A DNA stretch of 61,771 nt from a virus (Duplodnaviria > Caudoviricetes): positions 1-61,771 of IMG/VR virus record IMGVR_UViG_3300025030_000018; one strand, 5' to 3'. The notes under the pieces were generated by a model. The model did no database searches and was not told where the DNA came from. It saw only the letters and a list, made by a program, of their open reading frames with translations. How positions within the stretch are numbered: position 1 is the stretch's first letter; the number at the start of each line of letters is the position of its first letter. The position numbers and the translations under genes were made by a program. Of the stretch, positions 54,956 through 61,771 are shown piece by piece.

Positions 54956-56430
54956 CTCTCCCTCCTTCCATAAACCCAACCCATCGCCACTCGTTCGCCC
55001 CAAGGCGCAGCCGGGACATCTCGGCCGCTACCGCTCTCGCCTCCTCGCCGTGCAAGAGCCTCGCACCTTCACCCATGGAGGCGAGGATCAGGGTCGCCCC
55101 GAAGGGCGACTCCACTTTAGCGGCTTGGAAATCTGTCGGACTTTTCTTTTTGGCGGATACTCGGCATCTTAACATAAGCTCATCCCCCCATCCTCCTGAT
55201 ACTCCCACTCATAATACTCATCGCCGACGGCCCAGACCCGTCCGTTATCGGCCGCAGTTAAAGCCTGCGCCTCGTCCTCGGTCTCGACGACTCTTGGCGG
55301 AGTGGTCTCCGACGCCATTGCCAGCTTGATTATTTCTGCAAGAGTTATTTTCATTTGTGGTCTCCAAGTATGGTTTCGAGGTCCTTTTTGAGAGTCTGCA
55401 GAGAGGTGAAATGTTTCCCTGAGGCGTATGCGTCTTGACACTTTTCGTATACGGCGCGAATGGCTGCTAACTGCGCCTCCAAATTACGAAGTTTGTCTGC
55501 AGCATACATGATTGCCCTATCGTCAGAAAAGTCGTTAAAATCCTCAATCGCACCTCTTGATTCGTTAACCATTTCGCTCCACTTCTTCTCGTCGCTCATC
55601 TCCACTCCCCCACCATGCGCATTATCTCCTCCGCTACGGCGGTCGCGCTCCGCCAAGGGATAACATCACCTTTTATCATCAGCCCCTCGTCCCGGGCGAT
55701 CAGGCACACGTCGCCGTCGGCTATCGTCGTCATGGCGGTTTTGCCGGGGAGGCAGTCTTGGACGGCGACGATCTCGTCGAGATTGTCTTTCATAAGCAAC
55801 CTCCCACCAAATAACCCACACCAGTCCAAAACGACAGCAGGCCGGCCAGCACTACGGCCAGGATAAGTTTATCAACAGCGGTCATCTCTTCACGGCACTC
55901 CTCGTACTCCTCCAAGTTCGTCATACCCCCGCCTCCTTGCCTAGTAAATATGAACTGTTCCGGGTCTTAACCACCCCGCCTTCCCGCAGCCGACAGGCTG
56001 CGACCTTCACAAATTTCACTGCATGGCCATCCGGCCACCGGCCTTTCTTATCGTCATAAATTTGTCCACAGAGCGCCTTACCGAAGAACGCCCAGTTCTC
56101 TAACCTGCCTGTCACTTCGTCCATGGTTGACTCCTCTTAAAGTAGTTTCTTCTAAATCTCCCTCGCAACCCCCGGTTGCGTTCAGTCACTTCACGATGCA
56201 CACGGAACTTCTGGCTCCGTGCTGCTCCCAGTTTTGACTATCGTCCGCGGTGCTGGTCGTATCGGTGCGGGCGGAATAAGTTTCCTCCCTTCAAGAACAG
56301 CGTTCAATCTTTTGACCATTCCGGCCAACCAGGCTCCATGTGACCTGAATCGTTTATCGGCACACTCATCAATAGCGGTTTGGAGATCGAGTTCAGTCAG
56401 TTTTTTCATTTGTGTCCCTCCAGTGGTCAT
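54948..56430 (-). other. Cluster of six or seven small overlapping hypothetical genes
   Basis: 54948-55175, 55169-55354, 55351-55599, 55596-55793, 55921-56124 and 56191-56409, mostly with GGAG RBS or overlaps. Confidence 0.55.
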
Positions 56431-59300
56431 ACCTCAAACTCCCCCTTCTCCCGAGCCATCTCCTCAGCTACCATCCGGAACTCCTCGGCGGTGCGCCCCA
56501 ACGCTGCGCAGGACATGTCGATCTCCCACACCGGCGTCAGTGCCCCGCCCCAGGTTGTCCCTGCCCCGAGCACCTTCCGTTTGTTGGGATTTACTAAAGC
56601 CTTCATACTAAGCAGGTCATTCTTGGTGCGAGAATACGAGGCGTGCTTCTTGCCAAGCCAGGCCTGCAGGGCGGTGCGGGACAAATACAGCAGGCGGTCC
56701 TCGATCTCGTAGCGGACAACGAGCGGGCCGCGTGGGGCCTCGATCACGGTGCAGATGCCGCGGGGGTTGACCAGTGAGCCTTTCACCAGCAGGCGGTTGT
56801 TCGCATGGTCGTCCAGGAACTGTCCGAGAACATCGACGGCGGTCGAGGTTAAATCAACCTTGTCCTCACGCATCTCAAAGATTTTCCCACAGACCCAGTT
56901 CAGCACCGGCATAACCTCGAACTGGATTAAGCCGAGCGATTTAGCCACCAGCCCGCCAAAAATAGCTGCCGATACGACCGCGCCCCAGAACCTCTCCTCG
57001 CCCTTCAACTGGGCCATCTGCTCGACCCTCGCCCGGATGTTGTCGATCCCAGGCTTGATCTTCTTCTCGTTTTTAACCAGCCACTTGACGTACTCCTCGC
57101 CGGCGTGACCGTAGTTCTCAGTGATCGTCCAGTAGAGGGCGGTGGTCACATCCTCCTGGAAGCTGTCCACACGGTGTACCTGATACTCAAACACCCGGTT
57201 GATCTCGGCACTGGCGTCGGCCTTGACCCCGCTGAGTTTGTCGATGAGCGACGAGTTCGAGGTGGTGATAGCGATGGTGTTCCACTCATTGATCCCGGTC
57301 CGCTCCGTGCCGTTCTTGGTGCTCGCCACCTTGACCCGGCCTTGGGTTACCTGATAGGCAAAATCTGAAACCGACAGCCCCTCGCTGTTGGTGACCTCAT
57401 CCACCGTCAATGGGAAATTCCCGTACACCCCGAGACGGTTCAGAGTGCCAAGCGCGGTGTCTCCCCGGAGCATCATGAGTTTCCGATGCTCCCCATAGAT
57501 CGACTGAATCATTGTCGTAATGAGCGACTTGCCGGTGCCGGACTCGCCGTGCAGGGAGACGATGGCGCCGTTGTAGCCGGTGAAGCGCATGAGCGGGGCA
57601 CCAAAGCCGGTGAGCAGCGCGAAAGCGAACTGCTCCATGCCCGGAGCACCGAGGAGCCTGGTGGCGTCGCTCCATTTGTACAGGTGCCCCTCTGAGTGAT
57701 AGGCCTCGGCCGCGGCCGGGACGTTCCGGGCAAGACTAGCTTCATCGACTGAGCCGTCGGCGTTGTAGACCTTTCTTCCTAACACTATCATCGGCAAGCC
57801 GTTGCGGGCCGTCTTCCAGCCCATCTGGCAGAGCAGCTCCTGCATCTTCCGTTCCCGTTGGAGCTTGGCCTGGTAACTTTCCAAATATGCAACCATTATC
57901 TTTTTCTCCTTGTTCCCAACGACTTTTATATGATTGTCAGCAAGCGTGGTCAGCAGCATCTTCGGGTCGTTGACGAGCGACGACCGGACAGTACACTCGA
58001 GATCCCCCTCAAACGGCAGGTAGTGCCGGATGGTCATGACCTCGTAGCCTAACGAATGGTCGTAGGCAAGACGTTCTAAGTACAGGTCTAGGTCATAAAA
58101 TTTTACCCAGTGGCCGTCCTCTGACCAGAACAGGCCGTCTTCCGCCCGCCTGAAGTTCGGCGGGGCTGAGGTGTCTTTCTTCTCTTCCGGGGCGGGCCGG
58201 CCGAGGACGATCGGACTCTTGATCTTGCCGTTGGCCTTGCAGCCAATGCACATCTCCGGGTTGTCCGCGCCGAACTTCACGCAGGTGGTAGGGCCGACGC
58301 CTGCTGTCCGCCACTGGTCCATCTTGGCACTGGTCTTGCCGTAATCATAGTCAGGGTGCCCGGCCGACCAGGCTTGGGCTGCTTCGTCTCCGTTCTCGCA
58401 GTAGGCTAGGAGTCCCAGGCAGGCGTACCAGTGGGGTTCGGCGATGTTGCCGCCGCTGTCCTTCATCTCCCGCAACTGGGCGCAGAGGTCGGCAACCTGA
58501 TATGCGTCACTAGGAGGCCCAGAAGGCTCCAGGCTGTCGTAGAACTCGGAGTTGATGTCAGTGCTCGGCTTGGGGGCCGCGAGCGTGTGGTGGGCAACCT
58601 GAGCCTTTCTTGCGGCCTTATTGAGCACCTCAACAAAATCGAGGAACCGGATCGGCTCCATGTCTTTTAAGATTACGACCTGCTTACTAGGACGGTTAGG
58701 CTTACGATTAGTAGTGCCCGGGGCACGCAGGACTGAGGCGCTGTCAGAGGTGCGCGACGAGTCGCCGCCGAGTTTCGGGGCCAGCTTGGCTACGACCTGC
58801 TTTAAGATAAAAGCGACGGAGCGCCACTTCTCGGCGTCGATCGGTTCGTCCAGTAACCACTGGGCGTACAGACCATTTCCAGAGTTGATCACGGCAGGGA
58901 AGGGCAGACCTGAGTCGGCGATGAACTGCTTGAGCGCGGCAGCGCCCTCTTTCTGATCTTTAAGCGGCCACTTCTCACCGCAGTCGATGTCGAGGAAAAA
59001 GTTTTTGATGAGCAGGGCGTTGGCCTGGCTACGCTCTTTCATCTTGAGCGCTTTGTCGTGGCCGTAGGGCAGGGCCTTGTTGTGGGCCTGGGCCGCGGTT
59101 ATCTTGGCCGGGTCGTAGGTAGCCTGGGCGATATAGCAGGTAACCCCTGACTGGTCGAGGATGCCAAGTTGGGCTTGGGCGTCGACTAATGCCGGGTAGA
59201 AGAAATGCTTAAACCCTCCGCCAGGCAGCAACTGCGCGACGCAGTACAGCCCTTCGGACGGGAGGAGCTTGGAAAGGAAACCGCCGTCATCAGGAAACAT
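56427..59300 (-). CDS. DNA primase-helicase (N-terminal primase, DUF927-like region, SF3-type ATPase)
   Basis: LDIDC, SGNGL, VLRAPGT.N; WYACLG; HGESGTGKS Walker A; VDEVTN; TTSN. Confidence 0.88.
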   Translation of the reverse strand: MFPDDGGFLSKLLPSEGLYCVAQLLPGGGFKHFFYPALVDAQAQLGILDQSGVTCYIAQATYDPAKITAAQAHNKALPYGHDKALKMKERSQANALLIKNFFLDIDCGEKWPLKDQKEGAAALKQFIADSGLPFPAVINSGNGLYAQWLLDEPIDAEKWRSVAFILKQVVAKLAPKLGGDSSRTSDSASVLRAPGTTNRKPNRPSKQVVILKDMEPIRFLDFVEVLNKAARKAQVAHHTLAAPKPSTDINSEFYDSLEPSGPPSDAYQVADLCAQLREMKDSGGNIAEPHWYACLGLLAYCENGDEAAQAWSAGHPDYDYGKTSAKMDQWRTAGVGPTTCVKFGADNPEMCIGCKANGKIKSPIVLGRPAPEEKKDTSAPPNFRRAEDGLFWSEDGHWVKFYDLDLYLERLAYDHSLGYEVMTIRHYLPFEGDLECTVRSSLVNDPKMLLTTLADNHIKVVGNKEKKIMVAYLESYQAKLQRERKMQELLCQMGWKTARNGLPMIVLGRKVYNADGSVDEASLARNVPAAAEAYHSEGHLYKWSDATRLLGAPGMEQFAFALLTGFGAPLMRFTGYNGAIVSLHGESGTGKSLITTMIQSIYGEHRKLMMLRGDTALGTLNRLGVYGNFPLTVDEVTNSEGLSVSDFAYQVTQGRVKVASTKNGTERTGINEWNTIAITTSNSSLIDKLSGVKADASAEINRVFEYQVHRVDSFQEDVTTALYWTITENYGHAGEEYVKWLVKNEKKIKPGIDNIRARVEQMAQLKGEERFWGAVVSAAIFGGLVAKSLGLIQFEVMPVLNWVCGKIFEMREDKVDLTSTAVDVLGQFLDDHANNRLLVKGSLVNPRGICTVIEAPRGPLVVRYEIEDRLLYLSRTALQAWLGKKHASYSRTKNDLLSMKALVNPNKRKVLGAGTTWGGALTPVWEIDMSCAALGRTAEEFRMVAEEMAREKGEFEV

Positions 59301-59332
59301 CGGACCTCCAAAGTAGTAAAGTGAGAAACTAC

Positions 59333-59611
59333 TTATTTTGCCGACATTTCTCTAATAATGCTACCGAGAACTTGTACCCTCTGGTCTTTTTTCAGGCGAT
59401 CGGTGAGCGGCAGGCGCTGGTGCTGGACGGCTTTATTCAACCGCATCGCTGTGTTATACGCCAAATTGAGGCGCAGCTCGTCCTTCACTTCCCCGCCGTT
59501 TCGCCACCTGTAGATCGTAACCCTGCTGATACTTGTCAGGGTAGAGAAGTCGGTGACTGAGACTTCCGAGGTATTGAGAGCGTCCAGGATGTATTTTACT
59601 TTTGTGTTCAT
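59333..59611 (-). CDS. Cro-like HTH protein
   Basis: VSVTDFSTLTSISRVTIYRWRNG; start re-called at MNTK. Confidence 0.7.
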   Translation of the reverse strand: MNTKVKYILDALNTSEVSVTDFSTLTSISRVTIYRWRNGGEVKDELRLNLAYNTAMRLNKAVQHQRLPLTDRLKKDQRVQVLGSIIREMSAK

Positions 59612-59625
59612 GGTTTCTCCGAGAG

Positions 59626-59650
59626 AAAAGCCCCTCCGTTGGAGGGGCTT
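59626..59650 (-). terminator. Intrinsic terminator
   Basis: AAGCCCCTCC-AAC-GGAGGGGCTT, running into a short T-tract. Confidence 0.7.
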
Positions 59651-59670
59651 GAGGTTCACCTAACTGCTAC

Positions 59671-59838
59671 TTACGCTTTGACTGACTTCGCCCGCCACTC
59701 CTTGAGGAGTGCTGTCAGTTCGAGACTGGCTTTGCGGGACCGGGTGCCTGCGGCCTTGTTGCCCTTCTCGCAGAACTTCGCGGCCTCTTGCTTGAACTCT
59801 TCAAACTTCGACTCGATTGTAACCAGGTCAGCTATCAT
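59671..59838 (-). CDS. Histone H1-like (Hc1-family) small basic protein, 55 aa (not in ORF track)
   Basis: EKGNKAAGTRSRKASLELTALLKEWR matches the GNKAAGTRARK signature; AAGGAGGTG RBS. Confidence 0.75.
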   Translation of the reverse strand: MIADLVTIESKFEEFKQEAAKFCEKGNKAAGTRSRKASLELTALLKEWRAKSVKA

Positions 59839-59850
59839 CAGATCACCTCC

Positions 59851-60900
59851 TTAAATAAGACCAAGCTCGGCGCGGAGCAGGTCGTCGGAAACATCCCCGC
59901 TTGATGCCGGAGCACTCGCTGCCGCAGCAGCGGCCTTCTCAGCAGCTTCTTTCGCGGCCTTGGCCTCGGCGTCAGCTCTTGCCTTGGCGGCTTTCTTCGC
60001 GGCTGCAGCGTCGGCTTTCGTCTTGGCATCGGCAGCAGCTTTCGCCTCTGCTTCGGCCTTGGCAGCTAACTCCTCGGGAGAGGGGCCGGCAGGAGCCTCG
60101 ATGGCCTTCTTCTCAGCAGGAGTCGGCAGGGCCAGGGGCGCGCCGTTGTTGCCAATGATTGCCTCGGCTTCAGTCGACATGGCCTTCTGGGCCAGCAACT
60201 CGACGATCTTTTGCTGTTGCTCAGGCTTGTCCGCGCCGACGAAGCCGCCGAACCGGAAGACCAGGACGGAGAAGTCAGACTGGGCATCGAAGCCGATCAG
60301 GGTCTTGATGGCGTAGAGCGGTACGTCCGGTAGGTTGACCCGGACTTGGTCCAGGTACAGCCGGTAGTTCTTCAAGGATGCCGGCGGGATCTTCAGTTGG
60401 TAGACGGCACCTGCAGCGTAGACCGCTAGGATCTTGTTGTCGGTACAGGCCTTGCCCTTGGAGGCGGTGCCGTTCTGGTCCTTACCACTGCCGAAGGCGT
60501 TCATCGGGCAGGCGGCGCAGGTCTCGCACTGGGGCGAGGAGGACGACGGATCTGGGCGCAGGGCGTCAAGGCTGAAACAGTCCGGGGCCTTCACTTCCTC
60601 GTTGTTCGGGTTGTAGGCCTCCAGATACCAGACTTTGGAGAAGGCGCGTTTGGCCCGGAGGATGATGGCCGGCATGTAGAAGCCGTCATCAGAGGCAAAC
60701 ATCTGGCTCGGTGGGAAGGCAGTCTCCTCACCGTTGCTGTCCACCAGCTTGAACTGCTTGGCACTCAGCTTGATTCTCGGGGGCATCCCGGCGCCGATGC
60801 CGGCAGCCGCCTCGTCCATGAAGTTCGCTGCAAGCTGCTTGTTCAGCAAGAAAGCAGGGATTGAGTTTTTGTCGGGGATCATCAGGTTATTGTCGCTCAT
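59851..60900 (-). CDS. Putative single-stranded DNA-binding protein
   Basis: PDCFS.D...C..CP.N.FGS...GKAC, IPPASL; Ala/Lys-rich linker; replication context. Confidence 0.65.
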   Translation of the reverse strand: MSDNNLMIPDKNSIPAFLLNKQLAANFMDEAAAGIGAGMPPRIKLSAKQFKLVDSNGEETAFPPSQMFASDDGFYMPAIILRAKRAFSKVWYLEAYNPNNEEVKAPDCFSLDALRPDPSSSSPQCETCAACPMNAFGSGKDQNGTASKGKACTDNKILAVYAAGAVYQLKIPPASLKNYRLYLDQVRVNLPDVPLYAIKTLIGFDAQSDFSVLVFRFGGFVGADKPEQQQKIVELLAQKAMSTEAEAIIGNNGAPLALPTPAEKKAIEAPAGPSPEELAAKAEAEAKAAADAKTKADAAAAKKAAKARADAEAKAAKEAAEKAAAAAASAPASSGDVSDDLLRAELGLI

Positions 60901-60956
60901 GTGTTGTTGCTCCTTGTTGGTTGGTGTTGCGCCTCTAGGGGAGGCTGGTCAATTTA

Positions 60957-61637
60957 TTATGCTCGTCGCACTTTTACATCTTTGATTTTCGTGTAGTTCA
61001 CTCCAGGAGGAGGAGTCTCTTTCTCATCCTCAATGCGGGCCTTGACCGCGGTCTTGCTGACCCGGTTCTCCAGGAAGTGTTTCCTGTCCTCCCATTTTTC
61101 GTGGACCCAGGCCATGAAGGCGGGCCCGTCGGCAACAGTGGCCGAGTCTTTCCAGTCAACGAAGAACGTACCAGCGTCGCACTTCATGCTCTTTGCCTGC
61201 TGCCGGTCGAGGGTGCCGAGGAGCCATCCCCCACGCTTTGCCTGAATAGCTTCGAGCGCAGCCTTCTCTTCTTCGTATTTTTTGGTAAGTGCAGAGATGG
61301 CATCCCTAGTGGCGATGTACGCCGCTACGACCATCTCTGGGGTAATTGTCGTTGTTTTCGGAGCGCCCTCTCTTCGGTTACTTCCCATGTCTTCTACCTC
61401 CTTGATCTCTTCGGTGGACACGAGGATATTCCTCGGCACCCCTTCGATTTCTTTAATCTTTATGTAAGCGATCATGATGTCGCCCCGACCCTCGTTGACC
61501 CACCAGCACCAGCCGTTGTCAGCCTCACGGACAATCTCTGCCGGGCGCAGGGTTTTGAAAGTGTCGTCGTACCACTTGATCTTGACGCCCGGGGCGAGTT
61601 CGTCTACGCCGTCGTTGAATTTTCTATATGTTGTCAT
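60957..61637 (-). CDS. Replication-module protein with extra N-terminal domain
   Basis: Start re-called at MTTY after AGGAG; C-terminal YI..RD...GT....LE.RVSKTAV...PPG.N. Confidence 0.65.
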   Translation of the reverse strand: MTTYRKFNDGVDELAPGVKIKWYDDTFKTLRPAEIVREADNGWCWWVNEGRGDIMIAYIKIKEIEGVPRNILVSTEEIKEVEDMGSNRREGAPKTTTITPEMVVAAYIATRDAISALTKKYEEEKAALEAIQAKRGGWLLGTLDRQQAKSMKCDAGTFFVDWKDSATVADGPAFMAWVHEKWEDRKHFLENRVSKTAVKARIEDEKETPPPGVNYTKIKDVKVRRA

Positions 61638-61644
61638 TTTTCTC

Positions 61645-61771
61645 CTAAAAGCCGGTCTCTCCCGGCTTGTCACGCCTGTTTTACACCGGCGTCCGTGTGC
61701 CCCCCGGCAGGTTATCAGTTAGTCTCTCTCTTTTCCTTGCCAGTGTTTTCAGATATTTTTCTCGCAAGTTC
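61645..61771. repeat. Terminal direct repeat (copy 2)
   Basis: Identical to 1-127. Confidence 0.95.

Noticed and set aside
1-61771. Genome-wide stop-codon reassignment, tRNAs, integrase or Z-base (PurZ) pathway
   Set aside because: Core genes are intact in the standard code and use all three stops; no cloverleaf, recombinase or PurZ motifs were recognised by eye, though a search could still find divergent ones.

Overview
The window looks like one complete, circularly assembled dsDNA tailed-phage genome of about 61.6 kb; bases 1-127 are identical to 61645-61771. It has two divergent arms. The minus-strand early/replication arm (about 53.1-61.7 kb continuing into 0-18.8 kb) carries a primase-helicase, SSB-like protein, family-A DNA polymerase, SNF2 helicase, three nucleases, a PAPS-reductase-family protein, HTH regulators and many tiny ORFs. 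The plus-strand late arm (19.2-53.1 kb) carries a fibre, lysis genes, TerL, portal, scaffold, an N4-gp56-type major capsid, short-tail-type proteins and a 2234-aa polyvalent protein. I recognise no integrase, reverse transcriptase, transposase, tRNA or CRISPR array. The most unusual signal is three unrelated AT-richer single-gene cassettes (67-380, 3130-3509, 5605-6376) sharing precisely spaced ends. On the minus strand the 5' end is GARCG-A-N3-GAAAG-TA-N2-A plus a hairpin and RBS, and the 3' end is TAACTGAWAAC, preceded by a hairpin in two of the three. The ends can base-pair around a bulged A with compensatory changes, suggesting an unfamiliar gene-cassette or intron-like system. Other highlights are a PLA2-like lysis-region gene with an in-frame TGA followed by a SECIS-like hairpin, a 1.1-kb repeat-packed non-coding region (probable origin) beside multi-HTH genes, and a recurrent GTAAC-N4/5-GWWAC box at promoters. 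All functional calls come from motif recognition by eye; no searches were run.
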